Part shown: positions 1 to 17,180 of the stretch, piece after piece | Layout of the letters: every line of letters starts with the position of its first letter | Numbering within the stretch: position 1 is the stretch's first letter | Assembly (NCBI GenBank): GCA_023515725.1 | Contig: JALDTO010000136.1 | Span: 197,232 to 261,231 of the forward strand | Reading direction: 5' to 3' | Source: Amoeboaphelidium protococcarum X5 | Lineage: Eukaryota; Fungi; Aphelidiomycota | DNA length: 64,000 nucleotides | Notes under the pieces: generated by a model | Seen by the model: the letters and a program-made list of their open reading frames with translations, nothing else | Databases searched by the model: none | What the model was told of the DNA's origin: nothing | Program-made: the position numbers and the translations under genes

Positions 1-243
1 CTGCTAGTATTATAAACCATCATTCTTATCATCCTCACCCTCCTATTACTCAAAATCTTCTGAGTCAAATATGACGCGAATTATCAGCGAACACGATGGA
101 CACCGAGCGATATCATCACCTTCAATCAACTCTTGCTTAGATATTTAGAACAGATCACCACATGGGCACGGATAAGTGTAAATTCCAGTCTCTTCATCAA
201 ACTGGAAATCTTCAATCTCAATCTCATCATAAAACGACGTCAT
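1..243 (-). CDS. DPH3: Diphthamide biosynthesis protein 3 / Kti11 (CSL zinc finger); 3' end runs off the window
   Basis: Translates as [32 protein letters not shown](TAA=Q)[27 protein letters not shown], with CPCGD and CPSCSL motifs. Confidence 0.93.
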
Positions 244-676
244 CTTTATTATGTATGTCGGGCAATGTAATTATAATAATAAGCCGGAATTTAATGACTG
301 CCACGATCAACTAAAATCAATGCCAATAGTATCACAGCGAAATAAAAAAAAGAAAAGGACTTACCGCGCTTTGATCGAGTTACTGACGACGCGCCAATTA
401 ATCGAGAAGGGTACCGTTTTAATTATAATATTAATAAAGTTCCTCAACAGGTATCAGTTTCTCATACTTAAGGGTAAAAAAATGATTATTAGCAAGTACT
501 AGTTGCTGACGAGGAATTCTACGTATCATTTTATCAGAACGCGACTTACACTGCCAAATCGCTGCGCTCTAAAGCTGCCTCAAAGTCAAGCATCGTCTTT
601 CTCTCCTCTTATACACGCAAAGCCGTAACTTTTTTAACACGTTAGTACACCTTAGGCAAATTCACTAAACAGAGAA

Positions 677-1954
677 ATGACTCAAGACGCTACTTTAATT
701 GGGAAAGTACTGCAAATGGTATCCGCCATTTCTGGCAAAAATGTCAACGCTGAACAAGATATTAAAGTGGATGAAAAGTGTACATTGACTGATCCGGTCG
801 CCAAGATGCAGTACCTGCTGGCCGGCACCGCGAACGAGACTCTACTTGGTACGAACAATGGTGATCGCGCGGGTGTTCATCAGTGGATCAACTATTCGCT
901 GTCTACTATTGCTGAGGCTGCTGCGAATAATGATGTTGGTGCTCAGAAGCAGTGGTCTACCTTTGTGAATGAGTGGCTGTAGTTCCGCACTTTCATGGTA
1001 TCTAATCATGTCACGCTGAGTGATTATGTCGTCTACGTCTACGCACATGACTACCTGGCCAAGACTACTGATAAGCGTCGCGTTGAAATCTGCAATTTGG
1101 TTAGATGGTTCGATTTGATCTAGAATTAGTAATGGAGTCGCTAGTACTTGCAGTTGCCTCTGATAGAGTTTGACTTGGTGGCTGCCACTGCACCTACTGT
1201 TGATAATAATAAAGAGAAATAGAAAAATGCTAGCGATGGTGGCAAGTAGGCTAAAAAGTCTGATGGTTCTCCTGGTAAGAAGGCCGCCACTCCCAATGGA
1301 AATGATAAACAAGCAGCAGCGGCTGATGGTGGTAAGAAGTAGAAGTCAAAGGAGAAGAAAGAGAAGAAGCCAGCTGCTTCCGCGGCATCAGATGAAGTTC
1401 CTGCTTGGAATCCCGCCAGATTAAAGATGTTGGTCGGCAAGATTGTGGAGGTGAAATAGCACGAGAATGCTGATTCACTGTACGTTGAGTAGATAGATGT
1501 TGGTGAGGCACAACCGCGCACCATAGTCTCTGGTCTGGTGAAGCACGTTCCCCTGGCTGAGATGCAGGATCGGCTGGTGGTGATATTGGCTAATCTGAAG
1601 CCGGCATCGATGCGCGGTGTTAAGAGTGAAGGTATGGTGTTGTGTGCCACGGGAAGTGATGGCAAGGTTGAATTGTTGAATCCGCCTGCCGATAGCACGC
1701 CAGGAGATGTGTGTTACTTTGAAGGTTTTCATCGTGATGAGTGGCAGAGCGATGCAGTCCTTAACCCGAAGAAGAAGGTTTGGGAGACTATTCAGCCGGC
1801 TCTATTTACTGATGATCAGTGTGACGCTTGTTATCAGGTGCCTGATGACGCCAAGTGTTAGTTGCCAGAGTTGGCCTCAGTTTCTGCCTCTAAACTAATG
1901 ACCAAGAAGGGAGTAGTGCGCGCTTCCACTGTCACTAAAGGTACCATAAAATGA
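677..1954 (+). CDS. ARC1: Arc1/AIMP1-like aminoacyl-tRNA synthetase cofactor (GST-like N-terminus, Lys-rich linker, tRNA-binding OB fold)
   Basis: One frame with TAR read as Gln; motifs HENADSLYVE, RTIVSGLV, NLKPASMRGVKSEGMVLCA, LNPKKKVWE; ends in TGA at 1952-1954. Confidence 0.88.
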
Positions 1955-2143
1955 TCATTTCTTTTACAATTTAATAAAGCTCATACTTATATTAATGTTT
2001 TTCTGATTTAAATTATGTTTATTCCCAGTGTTAGGCTCTTCTACTTTCAGCCGTGCGTGTGATCTTCCTTCTTCATTGTTATTGCTCTTGTTATTCTAAT
2101 CCTAAAAAATCAAATTGAAATTAGAAGTTTATTTCAGTTAAAG

Positions 2144-4165
2144 ATGGAATATAATTTCGCTGGAGTCGCTGTGCTGTGGACATTGCTTGGACTTGTGGTG
2201 TTGGGTATAGTATGGTATTATGCGGATAGGAGGACTGAGTGGTTTGTCTATGTGTCCACTTTCATCGGATGGCTGTTTCCATTCAGTACCGTCCTTTTAC
2301 TACCTGTAGATCTTACCAGTACCATGTATAATCATTGTCAATACGGCGATACTAACAGAACGACAGATGCTATTAATGTAACCTCTTTTGAGGGGAATTA
2401 GACTACGCCGCAGTGTTAGAAACCTGTGCTCTATGTATCTGATGACTTTCTGTGGGCTGCGTGGCGGTCCATCTACTGGACCATGTTCTTGCTCACATTT
2501 GTAATTGTACCGTTGATATAGGCGTTCTGTGATTCTGGATACTTTTCAGCTTATGAGCGATTCAAGAAGGCTGTGCGTGTCAATGTCATTTACTATGTAG
2601 TCATTGGCGGTCTTGGTATTGTGGGAATTATCATTCTATGGACCACAGGTGGAATTAATGATCCGAATGCCCTGCTTAATCTAGCTATGACTGCAGCCAA
2701 TCTATTCGGTCTCTCCCTAGTCATTCTCCTCCTATCCAATGGACTCATAGAAGTACCTAGATCGCTGTGGCATAGTGGAAATAGAGCGCGAATGTTGCGA
2801 TATATGGAGTTTTAAGCTCCAAAGATTAAGGATTAGCTGAATGATGCACAAGTTGAGTATAACGATCTGCTTAAAGAGATTAAAGCGATTGCGGCCAAGA
2901 CTAGATTTCATGATGATAATAGAAAGTACGTCGATGTGGTAATGTCTTAAGTGGAAACTGATGCTGCCGTAGAGTCTTCCTTTGTTAATAACAATAGCGA
3001 TTAAAGCGATAGTTAAAATTAATACGGAGGTAATGATGATTAGCATTCACTGGGGAGTCCATTAGAGGTTAGTGTCACGGATATGGTCACTTTGGCGCGG
3101 TTGAATAAAGAAATAAAGCGAGCCAGGAGGGAGAAGGAGCGCTGCGAGTATGAATGGAATGAGTTGTGTGAATAGGCATTCTTCCTATAGGATATTCTGG
3201 GTGGCCGCATTCATCCCAATAGTAGATGGCGACTGCCTGCGTCTGCTCCGGTTGCTTTGCATTAATTCTCGTAAAAGTTGTAATACTTTTGGTATTGTAT
3301 AGTCTCTTCGTATGTTCTTAGACTCGCCGCTCTGGTGTTTGGTGCAGTGTCATTGATCATTGTATGGAGTGAGTTGGTGTACGTGGTGCCTAATATAGTG
3401 CTCAGTATCGTTGGTCTTATCTTTAACAATGCCGGTGTATCGTATGCTACGGTTGAGTGGTTCTCTTGTATATTCATGCTCTATATGCTGGCCTGTTGTA
3501 TCTATTCCCTCTTCAAGGTGAAGATATTCAACATGTACGCCCTGCATCCCAACCATCATTCTAGTGATGTCAGTATGTGCTGGTTCACCAGTCAGATGTG
3601 TAGAATCACGTTCCCGCTGTGTTACAACTTTATGGCCATGGCAATAGGAAGTGATTAAGACACGCTATTCTATGGCAGGTAGCCGATATTCAGCCAGCTG
3701 ATGGGCAAGATGAAGTTGGAAGGCTTGCAGTTTTATGTTCCCATCTTGGTGTCTGTGGTCACTGGGCTGAACTTGTTTAATGTTATCGGACGTTTGGCCA
3801 AGTGTTTTGGCTTCTCTGATGATCTATTCTCCACCACCACGGATAATAATAGTTCAGATGGTAGTGGCGGTGGTGATTCTTGGGGTGATGTCGAAGATGG
3901 CCGTATTCTACTAGCAGATGCTAGAGCTAAAATGGAGCGTTCTGGTTCAAGGTCAGCGCTGAATGATATTACAATATCTCCATCTAATGGTCAGGATAGG
4001 TAGAGACTATTAAATAAGAATGGAGATAAGCAGACTAATAGCTCTGCATTCACCGAGAGTAGATTGCAAGTTGGTGGTGGTAGTAGTAGAAGGAATCCTG
4101 ATGCACCATTATCTGAATACAAGGCTAACAATCCAATCTATTAAAAGTACCTGAACAAGAAGTGA
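2144..4165 (+). CDS. LMBR1-domain multi-pass membrane protein (LMBRD2-like)
   Basis: Continuous frame with many hydrophobic segments; GWLFPFSTVLLLPVDL, WRSIYWT, GLIEVPRSLW, RITFPLCYNF. Confidence 0.85.
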
Positions 4166-4277
4166 CCCATATTAGATAAAGCATGTACTTATATATACTA
4201 CTATTGGTTGAATATATGTAGCAGTTTATTAGCCATATTTAACACTTAGTGTAGTATTCTAATCAATGAATATAAAG

Positions 4278-5453
4278 TCACTTTTACGGATCCTCTTGCG
4301 GGATGATAATATCAAATTCATCTTCCCGCTCTTCATATTCTATATTAGTCTCGAGCTCTTTGAAATGTGGTGCGAATGCACTCCAATTCTGAGTCTATGG
4401 CTTTGTCCAGATGTAAACATGACCTTTCTATGATACTGAGGCAATAATGGGCAGAGTGGGATGCCAACTTAGAGACTACACAGAATCCTTGGGCCCTTCA
4501 AGAATCTTCACTATATTCCCGTTTGCTCTGTCCCAGCAGTAGAGATTATGGTTCTAATTGGCACCCGTCACGATGTACTCCATATCATTAGAAAACTGAG
4601 CCGAGGTCCACTGCAGCTTATTAACCAAGTCTTACAGCTTGAGCACCGGCCGCAGTGTCACCTCATCGCCAGCGATTTCAAACAATCTAAGGGCTCTATC
4701 ATTAGATATCACTGACAAATATTTACCATCTTTTGATACTAATAACTATCTTGCAACTGATGAACTGATCTAAGTGGAGTTAATTATTTCTAACGATGAT
4801 CCATCAATGATAGATAAGTTGCCTTTTCCATAACAATACACTATTTACTAACCATTGTGAATAAATACAGCACGTCCACCATCAGAAGCTTTTTTATTAG
4901 TCTATTCTGATTAGATTTGAGCGGTTATTAACGTTTGATAAGACGATACATGGTACTTACCATCTCGGTATTAGAGATGCATTATTTGAGGAGATGCGTG
5001 ATCATAAGACACTAGAATTTAATTGCTGAGTTGAGGGTGAACTTGACATTACAGTATGGAGCTATTGAGTGGAATCGTGAATATTTAATCGCCACTTTCC
5101 ACATCCCAGCAGATGAGCTACCAATCCTGACTGCATGTTAAAAGTCTTTCCTGATCTCCCCCTCTGAATCCACTATCTGTAGTATCATTAGTATTCCCAG
5201 CATGAAACTCATCACCATCGCTGGACATGTACATCCACTCAAGACTTGTGATAGCGCGTATATGCCCAACCATGCAGCGAACTATCCTCTTCAAGTAGAA
5301 ATCAATTAACAATACTCTTCCATCCGTACATCCGGCAGCCAGGTAATCACCATCGTCATTGAACTTCACCATACACACTGAGCCATCTTCTACTACATTC
5401 TCAATCGCTTCAGGATAATCCAGATCAAAAGGATTCAACAATGGCATATTCAT
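4278..5453 (-). CDS. SWD1: COMPASS/Set1 complex WD40 subunit Swd1/RBBP5
   Basis: N-terminus MNMPLLNPFDLDYPE, WD40 repeats, C-terminal NWSAFAPHFKELETNIEYEEREDEFD. Confidence 0.9.
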
Positions 5454-5665
5454 ACTTTTATTATATAGATTTATGGATATTGCTCAAGATTATGTTAAAT
5501 AATGATCAAGATTTATCGACTATAACACGGTTGTTACTTGAAAACGGTAAAGAAATTTGACGCGCGTTCAAACACATCGTTTGGGTGAAAGATCTACGAG
5601 GAGTAAAGTATTAAAACAACATCTCTAGTATAAAAGATAAACATAATTCCAGGTATAAGAATCGA

Positions 5666-7363
5666 TCAATTAGTTGAAAGTTCAATCTATGATGATGAGA
5701 CAATGTGGCTTTGTAGTCGATGATAGAGGTTCTGAATGATTAGCAAACCATTTACTACAATCTTGATCCAGACGAGATATATCCTGTGCAATAGGATACT
5801 GACTCTGTTCAATAGCTGATTCTCAATCCACTTAATATATGAAGTATTTACTGAGAATGTCTGATTGCGTTTAGAATTACGCATCAACCAAATGGCATCG
5901 AGCTAAGCAGTGACAAAATCTGCGGTACTACTAGCAGATAATTACTCGCAAATGTGCCGTGTCAAATCATTCGCTTTCAATATCAGCAATAGTCTTCTGT
6001 CAATCTTACTCAGAGTCTACACGATTTATGTTGCCTTCAGTCCAGCATTCGTCTTTATTAAAGCCTGTTCGACCGGAGACTTGGCCTTCAGTAGATCTTA
6101 TGGATTAATAGATTCCCAATCCCTGGCTGTGATCATGCAGCTAAGTACAATATATGCTTCACCATCAACTCCCAGATTGAACGCGGCTTACTTTATGCGT
6201 TCTTCATTGCCGCTCATTAGAGACTACCATAGATTAGCATACCGCTCTCTGAAGTCCATATCTAATTCCTAGTACAATCCATGATCAAGAAGAACTATTT
6301 GCTGACGCCCATTAGACAACTTCCTAACCATAATATTTCCAGGATGTGCATCAGCGTGAACAAATCCGTACTGAAAAGTCATTTTTGCAAATAAACGACA
6401 CAGCGTCTGAGATAGCCATAAAGTATCGATACCTTCAGTTTTGAGTTTTGCCACGTCAGACACTTTCAATCCTTCAACAAATTCCATGCAAATGACACGC
6501 TCGGTAGCCCAATGTATTAGTGGTAAATGCATATTATAAGACTCTCCATCTTATCGCAGATACTGCCGCAATCTATCAGCATTCTCCTATTCAAATCTGA
6601 AATCTAATTCTTTGGGGAGATTAAGGCGCATTTCATTCGCCAACCATTAGAACGGGAAGTCGGGGAATACTTTTGATATAATTACAGCAACGGTTTACAC
6701 CAACTGAATGTCCAGATCTGAGTAATATTCCACCTGTGGATGTTGGACCTTGACAGCGACTATTTGATCTGAATTTTTAAGCTTGGCCTTATGTACCTGA
6801 GCCAAAGATGCCGATGCAATAGGTTGACGTGAGAACCAATCGAACAGTTGATCAATCGACTTTCCGGTGGAATGTAAAATCACAGACTAAACATCCTCAT
6901 ACGAAGACTGCGGACATGAATCTTATAACTGCGCCAAAGTTTATGTATACTCTATCGGAAGGAGGTAGGTGAGACTGGACGCGTGTTGACCAAGCTTGAT
7001 GAAAGCGCCGCCATTGGCTCGACACAGATTCAACATTTTCTCAGCTGATTATTGATGCACCTGCGATAGTTCCAACTCAGAGTAATCGCTCTTACTAAAT
7101 AGTCGCTGATAGTCCAAAGTAACAGAGACACAGCATGATATGACGCGCTAACATCTTCTAATGATATCAAAGTACTGGGGCAGTTACTTATACACTGGCA
7201 CCTTGACACCTTCATCATCTTGGAGATGCATTACTGACTGAGATCTACCATTATTCAGATAAGCATGTCCAGCGACACCAAGTCCTACTCCAGCGGATAT
7301 TCGCCATTAAGAGCGCATTCCTGGAAGTTTACCAAAACGCATAATACGACTAAATGGAGTCAT
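5666..7363 (-). CDS. ABC1/UbiB atypical kinase (ADCK1/Mcp2-like)
   Basis: NGGAFIKLGQH, PIASASLAQVHKA, VAVKVQHP, FVHADAHPGN and LLDHGLY in one frame. Confidence 0.88.
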
Positions 7364-7588
7364 TTTATTACAGCAGCCACTGACTAACGTTTCAAATATT
7401 TCAAATTGTAAATAGATCGTCGGGTGAAGATGACGAATGATTTTATTGAGCGAGTGCGCAAAGTTGAAGCAAAAGGAGAAGAACAATCGTCGTCAAATCA
7501 CGACTATATAAGCAGTAAAAGACACGCTAATCGTTGATATTGATTGTACTTCATTTTCGCTATTAACCAATAGATATACTGCGGCATA

Positions 7589-10519
<2,931 letters not shown>

Positions 10520-10558
10520 AGCTAAGGTTCTTGATGTTATTCATAAAGTAAACTTTAT

Positions 10559-11131
10559 TCATGCGCGTTAACCACTAGCTTTTGGATTTTTACCTCCTGC
10601 TTTTGCTGCTCCAGTGGATTTAGCAGTCGATCTTTCAACAGGCGTTGTTCCACTCTTTCGAGCAACAATTTGACTCAAATCGGCAGTCTTGTTGATCCCA
10701 TTTCCCAGCGGTTTGGCATTTCCATCCTTATCAAATTTCTCCTTGTGAGTACCAGTGTACAGCGACGTATCAGTCAGCTTTTCAAACACTCCATCCGCCT
10801 CTGTCAGAGTGCCAGAAGTTGACGGAGCAGATTTGGCAACCAGAGCCAGCACTTTCTAGTAGCCACCATCATCAGCGGGAAATTTCTTTTCACTCAACTG
10901 CTTCAGGGCCTTCTGGAATTCAGCAAAATCAATTCGACGCTCACCCTTGCGAACAACCTTCTTGAAGATAATATCCACATCAACACTGGTGCACTTTTTA
11001 TCAATTATTTCACAATCGCGACACAATTTAGCAAATTTGGCATTATCAATTGTTTCATGCTTCTCTGCACTTGAACTGCCAAAGTTGGCAAATTGCTCAA
11101 ACGTTTATCTTACTCTTGTCAAATCAGCCAT
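10559..11131 (-). CDS. p25alpha-domain tubulin polymerization promoting protein (TPPP-like)
   Basis: IDNAKFAKLCRDC, VDVDIIFKKV, RIDFAEFQKAL, LTDTSLYTGTHKEKFD. Confidence 0.88.
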
Positions 11132-11650
11132 AATCACTATACAGTGTTATTGTTCGGTAGATTTTTATACTCCTAGCTGATTAAATGAATTCGCAAATCT
11201 GTGATTAATGATAATAAGAGTAAAATGGTGGCATAGTAACCAGTGAAGTTTACCAAGTTGGTGATGACATTTGATTGGTTTGCAATTTACCACCATTTCA
11301 ACATACTCAGTTGTTGATGTGTAGATGTACAATGCATTCAGCATAGTTTAAATCACCTCAACAAGGCTAAACTTTTCAGACTTGCATACCATACAATAAA
11401 AATCAAAATCAAACTGAAAATATCAAGCATAACGAATATACAAAAGTGAATAATTACATAATGTAGGACAAAGTTGACGAATCAGTGATCTGCATTGGAT
11501 TAACAATTGATTGACTGAAACTCTTCGACGCGCGTGAAAATCTTTCCCTTTTCGTTTCGTTAAAAGTTCACACGTTCGTTTCTCTCTTTGTGAAATATAT
11601 TCTGCTCAACATATTCTATAGCTATATTTCTCTTTGTTAAGCCTTAAATT

Positions 11651-13331
11651 ATGGAAGGAGTAATGGTATTGGGATCTGTCAGTGGACAGCAATAGCAAGT
11701 GCTTAGCTCTGGTGCTCTGGATTTTGTGGTGAGATTGCACAGAACCTTTAATCCACGCCGCTTGCAGTTGTTGCAGGCTAGACAGGTATGTCAACAATAT
11801 CCCATGAGTACTTTATATGCCGTATCTATCTCCACTACTGATATATGTGTAGGACCGTTAGAAAGAGTTGGATGCTGGCAAGTTGCCAAATTTTCTACCT
11901 CAAACTGAATGGATAAGAAATGACCCGACATGGCAGGGAGCAAAAGTTGCACCAGGCTTAGCTGACAGAAGAGTTGAAATCACTGGTCCAGTTGATCGTA
12001 AGATGGTCATCAATGCTTTGAATTCTGGCTCTACACAGTTCATGGCTGACTTTGAAGATTCTACCGCACCGTCATGGGAAAACGTCATCAGCGGTTAGGT
12101 GAACATGAAAGATGCTGTGAATCGCACCATTGATTTCACTGCACCTAATGGAAAGGAGTACAAGTTGAGAACTGATGGCAAGATTGCCACTCTGTTGGTG
12201 CGTCCGCGTGGATGGCACATGGAAGAGAAGCACTTGCTGATTGATGGCAAGCCGTGCTCAGCCTCCTTGTTTGATTTTGGCATTTACTTTTATAACAATG
12301 CCAAGGCTGCCATTGACAATGGATTCGGTCCATATTTCTACTTGCCAAAGATGGAGAGCCACTTGGAGGCTCGTCTGTGGAATGATGTGTTCAATATGGC
12401 TCAGGACATAGTTGGTATACCAAGAGGCACCATCAGAGCTACTGTTCTTATTGAAACCATCTTGGCTGCCTTCGAGATGGAGGAGATTATTTATGAGCTA
12501 CGTGATCATTCTGCTGGTTTGAATTGTGGTCGCTGGGATTACATCTTTAGCGTGATTAAGAAGTTTAGAAATCACTCCAAGTTCATGTTGCCAGATCGTT
12601 CAGAGGTTGGTATGACTGTGCCATTTATGGATGCTTATGTCCGTCTATTGATCAAGACTTGTCATAAGAGAGGTGTCCATGCTATGGGTGGTATGGCTGC
12701 CTTCATCCCCATCAAGGATAACGAGGCAAAGAACAAAGCTGCCATGGACAAGGTGAAGGCCGACAAGGAGCGCGAGGTGAGAGCAGGTCATGATGGTACT
12801 TGGGTGGCTCATCCTAATCTGGTGAAGTTGGCCAGAGATATCTTTGATAAACACATGCTGGGTCCTAATTAGATCCATGTGCGTCGTGAGGATGTAGTCG
12901 TGGCATAGAAGGATTTGCTGAACACGAGATTCAAGGGCTCCATCACCAACAATGGAATTCGTCAGAATGTGCATATTGCCCTGTAGTACATGGAGGCTTG
13001 GTTGCGTGGCGTTGGCTGTGTGCCTATTGATAATTTGATGGAGGATGCTGCCACAGCCGAGATTTCTCGTTCCCAGTTGTGGTTCTGGGTGAAGCACAAG
13101 GCCAAGACTGTAGAGGGAACTGTCATCACTCCTGCGGTGGTGAAGAAAGCTATTGATGATGAGATTGCGGACCTGAAGAAAGCTCTGGGTGGCAAATATT
13201 CTCAGTCAAAGTTTGAACGCGCAAAGGAATATCTGTGGGCCACCTCTCAAGGTAAGGAGTATGCGGAATTCTTGACCACTCAGATGTACGATGATCTGGT
13301 CAAGACTTCTGGTACTAAATCTATGCTATGA
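11651..13331 (+). CDS. MLS1: Malate synthase A (glyoxylate cycle); intron 11786-11852; C-terminal SML is PTS1-like
   Basis: [59 protein letters not shown]; a GTATGT...TAG intron restores the frame. Confidence 0.95.
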
Positions 13332-13521
13332 TAACATTGAAAGTTTTATTAGCAGGAACGCGGCTTTTTGTATAATGAATTTAGTGGTAATAATTATTAT
13401 GGCAGATTATTAAAATTACTGCTTAGTGTTATAAAACATTTTATCATCTTTGATGAGTGTTGTCGCTCTCTCTATGCTCTTCTCTTCCACCTTTAAAATA
13501 AAACTTACAGCGAAACCCAGT

Positions 13522-13965
13522 ATGACTTCGAAATCGCCGCTTGTAGATATGCTCGACCGTATGGCTTGTTTAATACATTCATTATGATTTTTATTATATT
13601 GGCGATATGATTAACATGTAGACAAAGTGCTAGTTATTTTGAGAGACGGTCGGAAGTTGTCCGGCATCCTTCGATCGTATGACCAATACTCAAACTTGAT
13701 TCTGATGGACACTAATGAGCGGATATACGCTGGCAAACAGTTTGCCGGTATTCCAAGAGGAGTATTTGTGGTGAGAGGAGAGAACTTGGTGTTTATCGGC
13801 CGGTCGAAAGAGGGAGATGTGGATGAATAGGACGCCGTGGATGTAGACGATATTCTGGTGCAGCTTCAAGTGGATCAAAGTAAGAAGACGCGTATTAGAG
13901 AGATCAAAGAGCGTGCACTAAAGGAGAATGGCTACGGCGTTGAGATGGAGCATGAGTAGTATTGA
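13522..13965 (+). CDS. LSM1: Sm-like protein Lsm1; intron 13559-13621
   Basis: VLVILRDGRKLSGILRSYDQYSNLIL...RGVFVVRGENLV plus a helical C-terminal extension. Confidence 0.88.
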
Positions 13966-14053
13966 TTGATGTTATTTATGAATATAAAGTTGCTTCACTC
14001 ATTTAGATTGCATTTCAGAATAATATATTTACACCTTAATCATTTCACAGAGA

Positions 14054-14899
14054 TCATACGTTTAGAGCATCAATGTTGCGATCAATGCGCTTCTTCTTGT
14101 AATCTTCACCATAGATCTACGTCATGAACTTATTAATGGCGTTCAAGTCAACTTCAGCCTTGGCTCTAGGACCCCAACTCCATTCAATTGATGCATTATC
14201 GTTCATCGCGTTTGTATTCACACTCTGCACCTTCTGCTTGGTCAAGTATCCCGTCTTGGTCCATTTCTCCATACAGACTTGATCAAACTTGCCAAACTGA
14301 TCATGGATCTTGTGGCCTTGAATGTTGGTAGAGAAGCCGAAGCGATGCAGCTGCTTGAATAGAGAGCTATCTGCAACAGAGCCACCATTGGCAAAAATCA
14401 GCAATAGGATCAAGAACAGAGCGCCATCCTGAGCCATCTGGTCATCGTTATCCTCAGGTAGAATAAGCTCTTGGAATTTAGCGTCAAGAGTAGACACCAA
14501 AATCCAGCTCTGAGCATTGTAATTACCAGGCGCGACTTCAGTTGGTACTTTGACAGCCAGTTCACCAGGAGCGGCATTGGCTTGCTATTATTACTGCTGC
14601 GAGGACTATCTTGCACTGGTTGACTATGCAGCCTACGCTTTGGGCTTGAAATCAACGAGCTACATTGCGAAAATCTCACGCAACTACCTCTGCACAGCTT
14701 CGAATATTGATTGGAACTCATTCTTTTCAAACTGGATTTTAAGGACCAGCTCATCTCTACGAATAGCACCACGTTTAGTCAGGACAAATCTCAGAAATCT
14801 AGCCACCTTGTCATCAAATGTTCTCTCCTGACGATCCAGTGCATCCTGGTGCTCATCGAAAAATGGCTACTATCTCACCTGCGAGGCTCTTCTTGGCAT
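14054..14899 (-). CDS. NSE3: MAGE-domain protein, probable Smc5/6 subunit Nse3
   Basis: Motifs LREIFAM, GALFLILLLIFANGGSV, GYL and WSWGPRAKAEV, typical of the MAGE winged-helix fold. Confidence 0.78.
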
Positions 14900-15087
14900 A
14901 CTTAGTTTATTTTTATTAATTGCTACAATTGAAGTGAGCCGCTTAATGCCTTATGTTCAAGAGAGGATAATACCTTCGCACAAAGCAAGAAATGGTGGCG
15001 ATTTTTATTCAGGCGACGCGTTTCACATCAACGGCTGATATCGCGTCCCTTTTTCATCGTTCATTGAAAAAAATTCGTTGACAAAAC

Positions 15088-15768
15088 ATGGATTTCGCAC
15101 AGAAACTGAAGTCCGTTGAACAGAAAATTGATACATTACAAAACAGCGATGGGTACAAAACTTTGGCCAAGAAGAACAGCGTTTGGTTTGTCAAATACGC
15201 GACTGATGACGAGAAAGCGGACTGGGAGCTATTGAGGGAAAAGCTTGCCAGGTTGAAGGACAGAAGGAGAGATTATGTCCAGATAATCTTATCTTAATAC
15301 GCTCATGCCGTGAATAAAGCTGACAATACGCGTAAAAAATATAAGAAAGATACTGCAATCAGGGACGAACGATTATTATTGTCGGATGTTGCAACCAAAT
15401 TGTGGAAGAGATTTCGTTTTGCTGTTGTATTCGATAATTCGCCATCGTTTGACGATTTAATGAAGGCCACTGGATTCTTCATCAATGATTAGGTTCATGA
15501 CTATTTCAGAAAAAGGGAATAGAATATAGTTGAGTTGGATTTAATCAAAGAGTCATTATCCGAGAAGCAGTGGATCAAGCTTATTGGATTGAATTCTCGT
15601 GTCAATCACTCTTTGCAAGATACATTGATTGAATAAGCGGATGGAAGTATTCGGTTGGTGTTAGAGCATGAAGTTTATCAAGATGGCGCTAAGCTCTTGG
15701 AAGATGTCGTAAAATCGCTTTATGGGTCAGAAAAAGAGGTCGACATATAAGTTGCTTGCAATGATTGA
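15088..15768 (+). CDS. Hypothetical protein (226 aa) with a coiled-coil-like N-terminus
   Basis: The two track ORFs join through TAA/TAG=Gln to a TGA at 15766; no recognised motif. Confidence 0.7.
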
Positions 15769-16330
15769 TCTGGAAGTTGCATTCGAAGCGAACCAAAATG
15801 TTGATTACCGGTACATCTTTTATCTGTGTACATTGTCCTTTGTATGCTTTATTTTTTGCTTTTGCACCTTAGGCCCTTGTATTATGCTTCAACTTTGAAC
15901 CTTACGCCTTTGGTTGATAACTGACTCTCTAGCGTGTTTTCTCAATTTGCTTACTGTAGCTTGATTTACGTATTGGTCACTTTATCTCATCTGTCTATAT
16001 AGAAAAAGAAGTCTCTAAGTGGGTGAACAGATATTATGTAACTAAAAAAAATTTGAATCCTTCATTTATCAACCAGCTTCAGCTAAATTGGATTTTTAGG
16101 CGAATTTGATAGCATGTTTGGTAGAACTCGTCAAGCTGACTCGATTGGCATCTGTAACAAGTCATGAATTAACTTTTGATAGAGGAAACGCATTTGCGCG
16201 GGCAGTGCCTGCTGAATGCCTACTCTTAAATTCCGTAATGGAGGATTACTGGACTTAAAGACCACCGCCCCTCCAAGTACAGTATATACTTTTAATCTAT
16301 CCCATAATGTTTTTTTGTGACAAAATTTTC

Positions 16331-17168
16331 ATGCGTGTGAAAATATTGAAAACCCGCCAGTCGGCTACTATCATCCCGAAGTCAATTTTTTACAAGAATC
16401 TCAGGGATTCGGTGCATACTGGTTTAATAATGACACTGCATCAATAGTTGAAAGAGGACCATGATGTGATTCTGCTTGACGATTTTATTTGCTAGGAACT
16501 GGAAGATAGCATTCTTAACTTCGCCTAATAATTGTCCTCTTAATGGCAGCAGGTAAAAGACAGAAAAGTGGTAAGCGTGCCGTAATTCATATGGATTCTG
16601 AATACATTTATGTGGTGGTCTCCTTTTTATGGTTGCATGTAGTGCCATTTTGGATATGGATACAATTATGGCAATTTCAGTGTATTCAAAGTTGATTAAG
16701 ACTTGCCGGAATTTGCTCATCATATATTGCGGCGTCTGGAAGAGTTTGACGCGTCATTCCACAGTTTCAATCAGATGACCATTCAATAGTACCCTATTAA
16801 AGCCGGACTAAGTAATTTCTGTCTTACTCGCAAAATTCTTATTTGATTCCCCACAACTTTGTGTAGCTCCACATATTGATTCAGAAGAATATTTTGGAAA
16901 TGAAATAGTTATAGTCTCTCTAGGATCGCATCTAATCATGGACTTTCATCCGGTAGATACTCAAACTACCAGGGAAGAAGTCAACGTGCCTCTGAAACGG
17001 CGCAGTCTACTTCTCATGAGAAACGAGCTGCGTTACAATTACAAGCATGGCTTCCGGGAGCGATCGTCTGATCTCATTGACGGCGAGAGAATTACACGCG
17101 AAACAAGAACAAGTTTGACGTTCAGAAAGGTGATAAAATACGATAACAATAATGATAGTAACAAATGA
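16331..17168 (+). CDS. AlkB-family 2OG-Fe(II) dioxygenase (ALKBH8-like catalytic domain); introns 16571-16642 and 16812-16866; start at 16331 or 16430
   Basis: Spliced frame gives CHFGYGYNY, FNQMTIQQYP, GLTPHIDS (HxD), VSLGS, RYNYKHG and RTSLTFR. Confidence 0.82.
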
Positions 17169-17180
17169 ATGAATGAATGG

